Notes under the pieces: model-generated
The model's database searches: none
What the model was told of the DNA's origin: nothing
The model's input: only the letters and a program-made list of their open reading frames with translations
DNA from: Escherichia coli O127:H6 str. E2348/69
Lineage (GTDB): Bacteria > Pseudomonadota > Gammaproteobacteria > Enterobacterales > Enterobacteriaceae
DNA: 64,000 nt
Strand: one strand, 5' to 3'
NCBI RefSeq assembly: GCF_000026545.1
Contig: NC_011601.1
In this document: one piece after another, positions 1 to 11,334 of the stretch
Layout of the letters: every line of letters begins with the position of its first letter
Numbering within the stretch: position 1 is the first letter of the stretch
Position numbers and translations under genes: made by a program

Positions 1-1
1 A

Positions 2-346
2 GCGCAGATGGGCGGGCTGGTGTATCGCGGTTTTGTCACTGGTAACGGCTTCAAACGACTGGGCGACACGCTGCGTTATTTGCAGGCGATTGAAAAACGA
101 CTGGAAAAACTGGCGATTGATCCACATCGCGACCGTGCTCAGATGCTGAAAGTCGAAAACGTCCAGCAGGCGTGGCAGCAATGGATCAACAAACTACCGC
201 CTGCACGTCGTGAGGATGAAGACGTGAAAGAGGTCCGCTGGATGATAGAAGAGCTGCGCGTTAGTTACTTCGCTCAACAACTTGGCACGCCTTATCCGAT
301 TTCGGATAAGCGTATTTTGCAGGCGATGGAGCAGATTAGCGGTTAA
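2..346 (+). CDS. hrpA: ATP-dependent RNA helicase HrpA, C-terminal fragment (5' end outside window)
   Basis: ORF open to window start (track 8..346); C-terminal HrpA-like sequence; hairpin terminator follows. Confidence 0.8.
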   Translation, partial: AQMGGLVYRGFVTGNGFKRLGDTLRYLQAIEKRLEKLAIDPHRDRAQMLKVENVQQAWQQWINKLPPARREDEDVKEVRWMIEELRVSYFAQQLGTPYPISDKRILQAMEQISG

Positions 347-365
347 CACTGCTATTTGCCTGATA

Positions 366-397
366 AATCTAAAACCCGGTAAGCATTTAGCGCCGGG
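366..397 (+). terminator. Rho-independent terminator downstream of hrpA
   Basis: stem acccgg/ccgggt with 13-nt loop followed by T-run. Confidence 0.6.
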
Positions 398-619
398 TTT
401 TTTATTAATTCTAAAAACGATAAGGGAAAAAATTCAGGAGTTCAGAAAAATACAATTCTCTGCTGCAAGATGAATAATGTTTATCTACAGCATTTCCTTA
501 AAAAAATATGTCAGGCTTGCGGAGTGGCAGTTAAGGAAATACGACTTCCTCCTTTCAGAGTGCTCCGCTTCTCACTATTATCTCACGCAGTATTCTTAAG
601 GGAACGATAAGGAGGAACC

Positions 620-1420
620 ATGAATATTACCCCGTTTCCGACGCTCTCGCCGGCAACCATAGACGCCATAAATGTTATCGGACAGTGGCTGGCGCAGGAT
701 GATTTCTCCGGTGAGGTGCCGTATCAGGCCGATTGCGTGATCCTTGCAGGCAATGCGGTTATGCCGACTATCGATGCGGCATGTAAGATTGCCCGCGATC
801 AGCAAATTCCTTTACTGATTAGTGGTGGTATCGGTCACTCGACAACTTTTTTGTATAGCGCCATCGCACAGCATCCGCACTACAACACTATCCGCACAAC
901 TGGCAGAGCTGAAGCTACCATCCTGGCGGATATCGCTCATCAGTTCTGGCATATTCCGCATGAAAAAATCTGGATTGAAGACCAGTCAACAAACTGCGGT
1001 GAAAACGCACGCTTTAGCATCGCGCTATTGAATCAGGCCGTAGAACGAGTTCATACGGCTATCGTTGTTCAGGACCCCACCATGCAGCGGCGCACGATGG
1101 CGACGTTCCGCCGTATAACCGGGGATAATCCCGATGCACCACGCTGGTTAAGTTATCCCGGATTCGTTCCTCAGTTAGGAAATAACGCAGACAGTGTAAT
1201 CTTTGTTAATCCGTTGCAAGGATTATGGCCGGTTGAGCGTTATCTATCGCTACTCACTGGCGAGTTGCCGCGTTTACGCGATGATAGCGATGGCTACGGC
1301 CCCCGCGGGCGAGATTTTATCGTTCACGTTGATTTTCCGGCAGAAGTCATTCAGGCATGGCAAACGCTGAAACATGATGCGGTGCTCATCGAGGCGATGG
1401 AAAGTCGCTCGTTACGTTAA
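620..1420 (+). CDS. ydcF: DUF218-family protein YdcF
   Basis: 266-aa ORF, strong RBS ggagg upstream, product recognised from K-12 gene order. Confidence 0.8.
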   Translation: MNITPFPTLSPATIDAINVIGQWLAQDDFSGEVPYQADCVILAGNAVMPTIDAACKIARDQQIPLLISGGIGHSTTFLYSAIAQHPHYNTIRTTGRAEATILADIAHQFWHIPHEKIWIEDQSTNCGENARFSIALLNQAVERVHTAIVVQDPTMQRRTMATFRRITGDNPDAPRWLSYPGFVPQLGNNADSVIFVNPLQGLWPVERYLSLLTGELPRLRDDSDGYGPRGRDFIVHVDFPAEVIQAWQTLKHDAVLIEAMESRSLR

Positions 1421-1616
1421 AAATTGCCCGTTTGTGAACCACTTGTTTGCAAACGGGCATGACTTCTGACTTTTATTTCTGCCTTTAATTCCTTTTACAC
1501 TTGTTTTTATGAAGCCCTTCACAGAATTGTCCTTTCACGATGCCGTCTCTCTGATAATCGATGTTAATTAACAATAAATTTACCAAAAACAAGCATGTAA
1601 ATCACAGGAGTCGCCC

Positions 1617-3056
1617 ATGTCAGTACCCGTTCAACATCCTATGTATATCGATGGACAGTTTGTTACCTGGCGTGGAGACGCATGGATTGATGTGGTAAAC
1701 CCTGCTACAGAGGCTGTCATTTCCCGCATTCCCGATGGTCAGGCCGAGGATGCCCGTAAGGCAATCGATGCAGCAGAACGTGCACAACCAGAATGGGAAG
1801 CGTTGCCTGCTATTGAACGCGCCAGTTGGTTGCGCAAAATCTCCGACGGGATCCGGGAACGTGCCAGTGAAATCAGTGCGCTGATTGTCGAAGAAGGGGG
1901 CAAGATCCAGCAGTTGGCTGAAGTCGAAGTGGCTTTTACTGCGGACTATATCGATTATATGGCGGAGTGGGCACGGCGTTACGAGGGCGAGATTATTCAA
2001 AGCGATCGTCCAGGAGAAAATATTCTTCTGTTTAAACGTGCGCTTGGCGTGACTACCGGCATTCTGCCGTGGAACTTTCCGTTCTTCCTCATTGCCCGCA
2101 AAATGGCTCCCGCTCTTTTGACCGGTAATACCATCGTCATTAAACCCAGTGAATTTACGCCAAACAATGCGATTGCATTCGCCAAAATCGTTGATGAAAT
2201 AGGCCTTCCGCGCGGCGTGTTTAACCTTGTACTCGGGCGTGGTGAAACCGTTGGGCAAGAACTGGCGGGTAACCCAAAGGTCGCAATGGTCAGTATGACA
2301 GGCAGCGTCTCTGCAGGTGAAAAGATTATGGCGACTGCGGCGAAAAACATCACCAAAGTGTGCCTGGAATTGGGGGGTAAAGCACCGGCTATCGTAATGG
2401 ACGATGCCGATCTTGAACTGGCAGTCAAAGCTATCTTTGATTCACGCGTCATTAATAGTGGGCAAGTGTGTAACTGTGCAGAACGTGTTTATGTACAGAA
2501 AAGCATTTATGATCAGTTCGTCAATCGGCTGGGTGAAGCGATGCAGGCGGTTCAATTTGGTAACCCCGCTGAACGCAACGACATTGCGATGGGACCGTTG
2601 ATTAATGCCGCGGCGCTGGAAAGGGTTGAGCAAAAAGTGGCGCGCGCAGTAGAAGAAGGGGCGAGAGTGGCGTTGGGTGGCAAAGCGGTAGAGGGGAAAG
2701 GATATTATTATCCGCCGACATTGCTGCTGGATGTTCGCCAGGAAATGTCGATTATGCATGAGGAAACCTTTGGCCCGGTTCTGCCGGTGGTCGCATTTGA
2801 CACGCTGGAAGAGGCTATCTCAATGGCTAATGACAGTGATTACGGCCTGACCTCATCAATCTATACCCAAAATCTGAACGTCGCGATGAAAGCCATTAAA
2901 GGGCTGAAGTTTGGTGAAACTTACATCAACCGTGAAAACTTCGAAGCTATGCAAGGCTTCCACGCTGGATGGCGTAAATCCGGTATTGGCGGCGCAGATG
3001 GTAAACATGGCTTGCATGAATATCTGCAGACCCAGGTGGTTTATTTACAGTCGTAA
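1617..3056 (+). CDS. aldA: lactaldehyde dehydrogenase AldA
   Basis: 479-aa ORF with aldehyde dehydrogenase motifs (ELGGKAP, FDSRVINSGQVC); RBS aggag. Confidence 0.95.
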   Translation: MSVPVQHPMYIDGQFVTWRGDAWIDVVNPATEAVISRIPDGQAEDARKAIDAAERAQPEWEALPAIERASWLRKISDGIRERASEISALIVEEGGKIQQLAEVEVAFTADYIDYMAEWARRYEGEIIQSDRPGENILLFKRALGVTTGILPWNFPFFLIARKMAPALLTGNTIVIKPSEFTPNNAIAFAKIVDEIGLPRGVFNLVLGRGETVGQELAGNPKVAMVSMTGSVSAGEKIMATAAKNITKVCLELGGKAPAIVMDDADLELAVKAIFDSRVINSGQVCNCAERVYVQKSIYDQFVNRLGEAMQAVQFGNPAERNDIAMGPLINAAALERVEQKVARAVEEGARVALGGKAVEGKGYYYPPTLLLDVRQEMSIMHEETFGPVLPVVAFDTLEEAISMANDSDYGLTSSIYTQNLNVAMKAIKGLKFGETYINRENFEAMQGFHAGWRKSGIGGADGKHGLHEYLQTQVVYLQS

Positions 3057-3064
3057 TGAGTGAA

Positions 3065-3092
3065 AGAGGCGGAGGTTTTTTCCTCCGCCTGT
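3065..3092. terminator. bidirectional hairpin terminator between convergent aldA and gapC
   Basis: aggcggagg tttttt cctccgcct inverted repeat. Confidence 0.7.
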
Positions 3093-3097
3093 GCGCG

Positions 3098-4099
3098 TCA
3101 GAGTTTAGCGAATTTTTCGAGGGTGCGAATAAGCTGTGTGACGAAGCCATATTCGTTATCGTACCAGGCGACCGTTTTCACCAGTTGTAAATCGCCCACG
3201 GCGGTAATTTCCGTTTGCGTGGCATCAAACACCGAACCGAAATGGCTGCCAATGATATCGGAAGAGACTATTTCTTCATCAGTATAACCAAATGACTCGT
3301 TATTGTTTGTCGCCTTTTTAAGCGCGTTGTTCACCTCTTCGGCAGTCACTTTCTTTCCGAGAATCGACACCAGTTCAGTGACCGAACCTGTTTTCACCGG
3401 CACGCGTTGCGCATGACCTTTCAGTTTGCCGCTCAATTCCGGGATCACCAGACCAATGGCTTTTGCCGCCCCCGTAGTGTGGGGAATGATATTTTCTGCC
3501 GCTGCGCGTGAAGCACGTAAATCTTTACCACGTGGGCCATCCACCAGTGACTGGGTGCCGGTATAGGCATGAATGGTCGTCATCGTGCCGACTTCTATCC
3601 CGAAACTGTCATGCAAGACTTTGGCCATCGGCGCAAGGCAGTTAGTGGTGCATGACGCCACGGAAACAATGGTGTCGTTGCCATCCAGAGTGTCGTCATT
3701 GACGTTATAAACGATGGTTTTCATTTCACCGGCAGGGGCGGAAATCAACACCTTCTTCGCGCCAGCATCAAGATGCGCCTGCGATTTCTCGGCGGAGGTA
3801 TAAAAGCCTGTACATTCGACAATGATTTCTGCGCCTTTCGCTTTCCACGGAATATTTTTAGCCTCTTTTTCGGCGTAAACCGCGATACTTTTCCCATCAA
3901 CGATAAGTGAATCTTCCGTATAATCAACGCTCCAGGGGAACGGTCCGTAGTTTGAATCATGTTTCAGCAGGTAGGCGAGAATTTTTGGGGAAGTGAGATC
4001 ATTAATAGCGACAACGTCTATGTTGCTTTTGACTTCAAGTAATCGACGCAACACCAGTCGACCGATACGACCAAAACCATTAATACCAACTTTACTCAT
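3098..4099 (-). CDS. gapC: glyceraldehyde-3-phosphate dehydrogenase GapC (intact)
   Basis: uninterrupted 333-aa ORF with GAPDH motifs ([19 protein letters not shown]). Confidence 0.9.
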   Translation of the reverse strand: MSKVGINGFGRIGRLVLRRLLEVKSNIDVVAINDLTSPKILAYLLKHDSNYGPFPWSVDYTEDSLIVDGKSIAVYAEKEAKNIPWKAKGAEIIVECTGFYTSAEKSQAHLDAGAKKVLISAPAGEMKTIVYNVNDDTLDGNDTIVSVASCTTNCLAPMAKVLHDSFGIEVGTMTTIHAYTGTQSLVDGPRGKDLRASRAAAENIIPHTTGAAKAIGLVIPELSGKLKGHAQRVPVKTGSVTELVSILGKKVTAEEVNNALKKATNNNESFGYTDEEIVSSDIIGSHFGSVFDATQTEITAVGDLQLVKTVAWYDNEYGFVTQLIRTLEKFAKL

Positions 4100-4287
4100 G
4101 GTCTTCTCCTGTCAGGAACGTTCGGATGAAAATTGATCCTTTCCAGGCTTAGACCAGGATGGCGGGATGGGCAATCTACATTCTTGCAGTGAAACGTAAC
4201 GTACTGAAAACGGGTGAACAATATTTAATGAAATTTTAAGAAAAGCCCGTTATGTTAACGGCAAATTATGTTAAAGCAGGAAATGTT

Positions 4288-4818
4288 ATGGGAAATAAAT
4301 ACTCAAGGTTACAAATCAGCATTCACTGGCTGGTCTTTTTGCTGGTTATCGTAGCGTATTGCGCAATGGAGTTTCGTGGTTTCTTCCCACGTATCGATCG
4401 GCCCCTCATCAACATGATTCATGTTTCCTGTGGCATCTCAATTCTCGTACTGATGGTGGTTCGTCTTTTGTTAAGACTGAAATACCCAACCCCGCCGATT
4501 ACACCTAAGCCAAAACCGATGATGACGGGACTGGCGCATTTGGGCCATTTGGTGATTTATCTCCTGTTTATTGCGCTGCCAGTGATTGGTTTGGTGATGA
4601 TGTATAACCGGGGCAACCCGTGGTTTGCGTTTGGTTTGACGATGCCTTACGCTTCAGAGGCCAATTTCGAGCGGGTTGATAGCTTAAAGTCGTGGCATGA
4701 AACGCTGGCGAATCTGGGATATTTTGTCATCGGCTTGCACGCTGCGGCTGCACTGGCACACCACTATTTCTGGAAGGACAACACACTTCTACGCATGATG
4801 CCACGTAAACGTTCCTGA
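4288..4818 (+). CDS. cybB: cytochrome b561
   Basis: 176-aa product from internal ATG of ORF 4252..4818; membrane protein, histidine-rich helices. Confidence 0.85.
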   Translation: MGNKYSRLQISIHWLVFLLVIVAYCAMEFRGFFPRIDRPLINMIHVSCGISILVLMVVRLLLRLKYPTPPITPKPKPMMTGLAHLGHLVIYLLFIALPVIGLVMMYNRGNPWFAFGLTMPYASEANFERVDSLKSWHETLANLGYFVIGLHAAAALAHHYFWKDNTLLRMMPRKRS

Positions 4819-5062
4819 AGGATATTTAAAGAAAACGCCTGTACTAAAACCGACCCGTGGTACAGGCGAAGAATACGGGCCTACATCGGAAGCGCCTATT
4901 ATATTTATTTGTATGACAAATAAAACCATAATCCTTGTCTATACGTCCATCTGGCTTATCTTTAATCAATTCACCCGATCTTTGATCTCATCAACGGTAT
5001 CAAAATAACTCAGCGTATAACGTTCAAATCGAACATAAGATTCGATAAATCATGGAGGTTAT

Positions 5063-5236
5063 ATGAAAAAACTGGCACTTATCCTGGTTATGGGAACGCT
5101 TGTTTCCTTTTATGCCGATGCCGGGCGCAAACCCTGTTCTGGTTCGAAAGGGGGGATCTCACACTGTACGGCAGGCGGCAAATTTGTCTGTAATGATGGT
5201 TCTATTAGTGCATCGAAAAAAACATGCACTAACTGA
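5063..5236 (+). CDS. ydcA: small secreted/lipoprotein-like protein YdcA
   Basis: 57-aa ORF with signal peptide, RBS ggagg; not in ORF track (<60 aa). Confidence 0.65.
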   Translation: MKKLALILVMGTLVSFYADAGRKPCSGSKGGISHCTAGGKFVCNDGSISASKKTCTN

Positions 5237-5280
5237 AGTGTAAAAGGGGTGCCATGAGAAAATGAATCCGCTAGTCAGAT

Positions 5281-5300
5281 GCGCGGGGAAAATCCCCGCG
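5281..5300. terminator. palindromic hairpin at hokB 3' end
   Basis: gcgcgggga aaat ccccgcgc. Confidence 0.5.
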
Positions 5301-5307
5301 CTTGCCC

Positions 5308-5448
<141 letters not shown>

Positions 5449-5538
5449 TCATAGCCTTTCTCCTTGCCGGATGGCGGGTAAGAGGCTAAGATCTGAATTG
5501 CTAGGTTCATTCGTTGGCCTCGGTTTGTACTGTAGTGG

Positions 5539-5856
<318 letters not shown>

Positions 5857-5863
5857 CTAAGAG

Positions 5864-6940
5864 TCAAGCCGTTATCGGGATGCTGTTGATCTGCCTGTTT
5901 TGATTACGCAGTAATGTATAAACTTCGCGTGAGATATAGCGCTTCAGGCAGCGTATTGCTTCCATTTTTGTATGCCCTTCCGCTACTCGTCTGGCGACAT
6001 ATTCCTTCGTTTTATCGTCAGTTCGCAAACGTCCGATGGCAATGATGTGAAGTGCACTATTTGCAGCACGATCTCCACCCCGGTTAAGTCGATAACGATT
6101 CGTTTTTCCTGAAGATACGGGAACAGGGCTGACACCACACAGTGCCGCAAAACCTGATTCTGATCTTAATCGTTGGGGATTGTCTCCTGCCGTGATCAGC
6201 AACTGCGAAGCGCTTTCGTATCCAATAGCATTACGTTTAATCAGTTCAGGCGCCAGCTCATCGACAATTGCCGCAATCATGACATCCAAATCAGCGATTT
6301 CGTCATGTAACTCGAGATAGCGTCGGGCAAGGGACTTTAATGAAATACGATAAACGTTGGTAACATTGCGGTATTCACTGGCATCAGGCCGCCAGGATCC
6401 CAGAGTCCTGATGAGCTGCATGCGCGTCATATTTCTGAGCTGTTCACGTAATTCATCCGGGGCAGAGATAATATTGGAATGGATAATCTGGAGAGCGACT
6501 CTGCGGGCTGATATTGCTGTTTTTCGGCAAGTTTTTAATACCCGCAGAGACTCAATCATGCCATTGCGCGTTTTGGGTGTGACGGTTCTTATTCCGGAGA
6601 ATGCGGCGTGAGCGGCACATTCAGCATCAATCGTGTCACTTTTACCCCGTTTGCGTCGCTCCATCCGATCTGGCGCAGTCACCTCAAGAACGTCTAACCC
6701 GGCATTCTGTAAATAGCGAAGCAGACCTGATCCATAGGTGCCTGTACACTCAACACCAATTCGCTTTAATGCCCCAAACGAAGTCATCCATGCCAGCATC
6801 TGCCGGTAACCTTGCCGTGTTGTGGAGAAAAACTGGGTCCCCAGAACTTTATTGTTCTGATCTACGACAGCGGCAACGTGCAGATCTTTATGTGTATCCA
6901 CGCCACCCACAACAGCGGTTTCCGTAACTTTACCTGCCAT
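5864..6940 (-). CDS. IS110-family DEDD transposase/recombinase
   Basis: 358-aa ORF with N-terminal RuvC-like GVDTHKD / ECTGTY motifs and C-terminal SGK...NRYRL...GG region typical of IS110 family. Confidence 0.9.
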   Translation of the reverse strand: MAGKVTETAVVGGVDTHKDLHVAAVVDQNNKVLGTQFFSTTRQGYRQMLAWMTSFGALKRIGVECTGTYGSGLLRYLQNAGLDVLEVTAPDRMERRKRGKSDTIDAECAAHAAFSGIRTVTPKTRNGMIESLRVLKTCRKTAISARRVALQIIHSNIISAPDELREQLRNMTRMQLIRTLGSWRPDASEYRNVTNVYRISLKSLARRYLELHDEIADLDVMIAAIVDELAPELIKRNAIGYESASQLLITAGDNPQRLRSESGFAALCGVSPVPVSSGKTNRYRLNRGGDRAANSALHIIAIGRLRTDDKTKEYVARRVAEGHTKMEAIRCLKRYISREVYTLLRNQNRQINSIPITA

Positions 6941-7220
6941 AACAGAGCTCCTGTGAGGAAACAGAGTTGAATCTCCAGACAGATAACCCGGACAGGACAG
7001 TAACGAGACAAACCGTCAGGCCCTTCTTGAGTCACGCGCATCGGTGAGGAGACGCCTCGCATGAAGGCGCTTCCGGCAACCGACAGGTCCAGGGCAGGAC
7101 AAAAGGGTCGATCGCTGTGTGAGTCAGGATGCGGGAAGGTCTTCACTGCATCAGTAATCACACCAGTCTGGTTAAACAGCAAACAGAGTGATGATAAAAA
7201 CTGATACCGGCATTATTACT
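6941..7220 (-). ncRNA. candidate bridge (guide) RNA in the 5' non-coding end of the IS110-family element
   Basis: non-coding 280 nt upstream of recombinase; 7111-7119 identical to left flank 7221-7229; 7087-7097 is reverse complement of right junction 5840-5850; segments near 7020-7027 and 7051-7058 match the element right end 5848-5858. Confidence 0.45.
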
Positions 7221-8080
<860 letters not shown>

Positions 8081-8176
8081 TGGAGCACCTGTGTTGTTCT
8101 GAGGTGAGCATATCACCTCTGTTCAGGTGGCCAAATTCAGTGTGCCACTACATACTGACCCCAGAAAGTTGGACAG

Positions 8177-8712
8177 TTAAACACGAGGCATATAGGTCTG
8201 ATTCCGATATTCAATTGGAGTCAGACCTTTTAATTTCAGGCTAATTCTTCTGCTGTTGTAGTATTCAATATATTCCGTAACAGCATCCTTCAGCTCGCTT
8301 ATATTACTGAACTCATCAAGATAAAAACACTCCGACTTTAAGGTTCCAAAGAAACACTCCACCACAGCATTATCCAGACAATTGCCTTTTCTGGACATGC
8401 TTTGTTTAATACCATGTTCTTTAAGGACTTCTCATACGATACTGCCATCCCTGGTCAGAGTGCAGAACAGGATGCTCGTGAGGATTAAGCTTTTTGAATG
8501 CCTGATCGAGCATATTCCCGACCATGTTCATCACTGGTCTTTCCGAAAGGCTGTAAGAAATAACTTCGTTGTTGAAGAGATCTATTACTGGAGACAAATA
8601 CAGCTTGCGCCCATTGACTGCAAATTCAGTAACATCGGTAACCCACTTCTCGTTTGGCCGCGTAGCCTTGAAATCTCTTTGGAGAACATTGGGGGCGGTT
8701 TGCCCTACCTCT
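8177..8712 (-). pseudogene. IS150 OrfB (InsK) 3' fragment, additionally frameshifted
   Basis: two ORFs (8421..8750 and 8177..8398) in different frames; about 11 nt missing between ...WQYRMR and [15 protein letters not shown]. Confidence 0.75.
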
Positions 8713-8722
8713 CCTCTGTAAG
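8713..8722. repeat. target-site duplication, left copy (CCTCTGTAAG)
   Basis: identical 10-mer directly flanks both ends of the IS50-like element. Confidence 0.8.
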
Positions 8723-10272
8723 CTGTCTCTTGATCAGATCTCCTGATCAAGAGACTTCATCACCAGGTAACCCTCAACCATATCCTGAAGTCTGAACCAG
8801 CCATCCCACATGACTACCCAACCGGGGCGACCGGTGCGTTTGCTGTCATGCCATCGCCCCAGTTTCGCCAGTTTCAGACAGGCCCATTTCAGTGTCGGCA
8901 TCTGTGACGGAAGCGGTTTTCCTTCCAGCTTAACCCACAGCAGTTTCCACTCTGTCGGCGTCAGTATTTTCTCACAGCTGTCATTTTGTGTTTCTTCACT
9001 GATACCGCCCTGCCGCAGGCCCAGCACCCGCACCGCGATAAACGCCTTGATAACCACCATGCGCTCGAGGTTATCCCGGGTCTGCATTCGCAGCGATTCC
9101 ACACATGTACCACCACTTTTCCACGCCTTGTGGTATTCCTCTATCAGCCAGCGTCGCTCGTAATGGCTGACGATACGTCGCGCATCGGCGGCACTCGCCA
9201 CTTTTTCTGACGTCAGCAGATGCCAGCAGGCGCCGTCCTCTGCCTGCTCCCGGCAACAGACATACGTGAGCGGGAGCGCCTGGCCGCTGTTGTCGGGATT
9301 TTTTATGCTGACTTCGCTGTAACTGATGAACATCCGGGCCTGGCGGGCTGCCCGCCCGCCTTTTTGCATCACATTCAGCGTGTGGCTTCCCGCGGTTGCC
9401 AGGACTTCCGGCAGTTCGAAGAGCTTGCCGGGTGCTTCTTCCAGCCGGCGATTCTGTGCTGCACGCACCACGAAGCGCTGCCCGTGGCTGACTTTATAAT
9501 GCAGGTAATGCCAGATATCCGCTTCCCGGTCACAGACAGTGATTACCCGTTTCTGTATCTCCCCCAGCCGTTCGGCCATGCGCTCCGAAGCCTGCTGCCA
9601 GCGGTAACTTTCTTTTTCTTCATAGGGACGTTCTTTTCGCTGGTGCTTAACACCGTAGGTGTCCGTGGCACGACTCCAGCGCTGCTGTTCGATAAGACCG
9701 ACTGGCAGGGCGCTGTCGGGGGCGTACATCAGGACAGAGTGAGCCAGCAGCCCGCGCGTCTTCGGGTTAGTGGTGGTATTCCCCAGGTCATCAGATGCCG
9801 TACTGTGACTGAAGTTAATGGTGGTGGTGTCTTCCAGCGCGAGGAGCAGCGGATGAGCCTCACATGCCCTTACAGTGGCGGTAAATCCGGCTTCGGCAAT
9901 GGCTTGCGGGGACACAGACGGGTTACGTATCAGGCGGTACGCACCTTCAACCTGAGCAGTGGACTGGGATGATTTCACAATAGAAAGACCTGCATGCTGA
10001 GCGAGAGAAGAGGCCAGTGACACAAGGCGTCGTGTACGACGCGGATCACCGAGACGGGCATGTCCAAACTGCTCGTTAGCCCATGAATAACAATCAGAAA
10101 GTACCATAACAGACCCGAAGAAAATGAAATATAAGAGAAGATCAACGGGTGAGGAAAAAGTTCAAAAAATCGCTGCCGGGGAGGAAGGAAACTACCGGAT
10201 GGAAAGAGTCCCCCTAAAGCAGACTGACAGACATCACAAATCCCCGGGTGGGGATTTGTGTATAAGAGACAG
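8723..10272 (-). mobile_element. IS50-like IS4-family insertion sequence (about 1550 bp)
   Basis: 19-bp ends CTGTCTCTTGATCAGATCT (8723-8741) and rc CTGTCTCTTATACACAAAT (10254-10272); single transposase ORF; flanking direct repeat. Confidence 0.8.
8734..10107 (-). CDS. IS4-family (Tn5/IS50-like) DDE transposase
   Basis: 457-aa ORF; conserved [38 protein letters not shown] motifs; stop codon lies inside the terminal repeat. Confidence 0.9.
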   Translation of the reverse strand: MVLSDCYSWANEQFGHARLGDPRRTRRLVSLASSLAQHAGLSIVKSSQSTAQVEGAYRLIRNPSVSPQAIAEAGFTATVRACEAHPLLLALEDTTTINFSHSTASDDLGNTTTNPKTRGLLAHSVLMYAPDSALPVGLIEQQRWSRATDTYGVKHQRKERPYEEKESYRWQQASERMAERLGEIQKRVITVCDREADIWHYLHYKVSHGQRFVVRAAQNRRLEEAPGKLFELPEVLATAGSHTLNVMQKGGRAARQARMFISYSEVSIKNPDNSGQALPLTYVCCREQAEDGACWHLLTSEKVASAADARRIVSHYERRWLIEEYHKAWKSGGTCVESLRMQTRDNLERMVVIKAFIAVRVLGLRQGGISEETQNDSCEKILTPTEWKLLWVKLEGKPLPSQMPTLKWACLKLAKLGRWHDSKRTGRPGWVVMWDGWFRLQDMVEGYLVMKSLDQEI

Positions 10273-10282
10273 CCTCTGTAAG
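10273..10282. repeat. target-site duplication, right copy (CCTCTGTAAG)
   Basis: identical to 8713-8722. Confidence 0.8.
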
Positions 10283-10577
10283 AGCGGTATCGCTTGACCT
10301 TAATCGCTGCCTTCAGTGAGAGGATTCCCATCAGGCGCTGAACAGCTTTATGGTTAATCTGTTTCCCTTCTCGATGAAGAGACAGCGTTACCCTACGGTA
10401 TCCGTATCGGCCTCTATTCTCATGATAAATCTCACCAATACGCTTTTTAACGTCCGCATACTTGTCAGGCTTGCTGAGAGCCTTTAGATGGTAATAAAAC
10501 GTACTGCGCGGTATCTCCGCAGCCCTGAGAAGCTCATCAAGAGGATAAAACTGCCTTAGCTCGTTGAGTACTTTCAC
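10283..10577 (-). pseudogene. IS150 OrfB (InsK) 5' fragment
   Basis: GTG-initiated frame MKVLNELRQFYPLDELL...KRYRSYRG then reads into the IS50-like insert. Confidence 0.8.
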
Positions 10578-11095
10578 TTTTTCGTGGGATGAGCTAAGGC
10601 TTTCAGCTTTTTTAGATACACAAGCCGCGTTTCAAGAAATCGAACTTGCCTTTCAAGATCCTCAATGCGTCGGTCTTTTGACAGCTCCAATGCTGATGCC
10701 GCTTTTTCTGGATCAACTGATATTGCAATGTTTCTTTTGGTGCCAATCTTGAGCGCGCGTAAACCAGCTTCTCCGCGCTCTTCATAAACCTTCAGCCACC
10801 TGGCTACAGAACCACTACCAGCAAGCATAAAGTGAGCAGCAGCCTGATTAAGGGACATGTGCTGCTCGATCACAGCTTTCATGACCTTAATACGCAACTC
10901 AGGAGCAGCACTAACACCTTTAGGTTTGGGAATTAAACCTTTTTCTCCATGTTTTTCATAGAGGGCAACCCATGTCCTGACCTGGGTTCGGGGGACACCA
11001 AAACGTGCCGAGATGATCCTGTAACCATCATCAGTAGTGAAGTAGTGATTCACGACTTCAAGGCGCTTTTCAAAAGGGTATTTTGGCTTTGACAT
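10574..11095 (-). CDS. IS150 OrfA (InsJ)
   Basis: 173-aa ORF MSKPKYPFEKRLEVVNHY... Confidence 0.9.
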   Translation of the reverse strand: MSKPKYPFEKRLEVVNHYFTTDDGYRIISARFGVPRTQVRTWVALYEKHGEKGLIPKPKGVSAAPELRIKVMKAVIEQHMSLNQAAAHFMLAGSGSVARWLKVYEERGEAGLRALKIGTKRNIAISVDPEKAASALELSKDRRIEDLERQVRFLETRLVYLKKLKALAHPTKK

Positions 11096-11334
11096 ATCAG
11101 GGGCTATTCCATTTCATCGTCCAACAAAATGGGTGCAGTACAGTTGATAGAAATATCGGTCGGGGCCTTCGTCTTTCTGATTCCCGGTTAGCCTGAAAAC
11201 AGAAAGTCTCAGGCACCCGTGAGCATCCTATGTGGTTTCCTTAGGGTCGAAAATAATCACCTGACGAAATTGCGTGCTGTTTTCCAGAATTTTTCGTCAT
11301 TCGGTTTAGTCAGTTTAATCATTCGTTACTCTCG

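Larger units (their letters stand above)
8153..11143 (-). mobile_element. IS150 (IS3 family) interrupted by an IS50-like element and carrying a small internal deletion
   Basis: IS150-type terminal repeats (TGTACTGCACCCATTTTGTTGGACGATGAAATGG at 11143 end; GGGGTCAGTA at 8153 end); InsJ and split InsK recognised. Confidence 0.85.

Noticed and set aside
1620-2759. Minus-strand ORFs of 212, 151 and 105 aa within aldA
   Set aside because: Antisense to a well-supported aldehyde dehydrogenase gene; low-complexity translations.
8727-8753. 11-bp inverted repeat with three GATC sites as an independent regulatory element or restriction-site cluster
   Set aside because: It coincides with the terminal repeat and stop codon of the IS50-like transposase, so it is best explained as part of the element end.
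9220-9972. 250-aa plus-strand ORF inside the IS50-like element
   Set aside because: Antisense to the transposase gene, with no start context or homology signal; the element is expected to encode a single protein.
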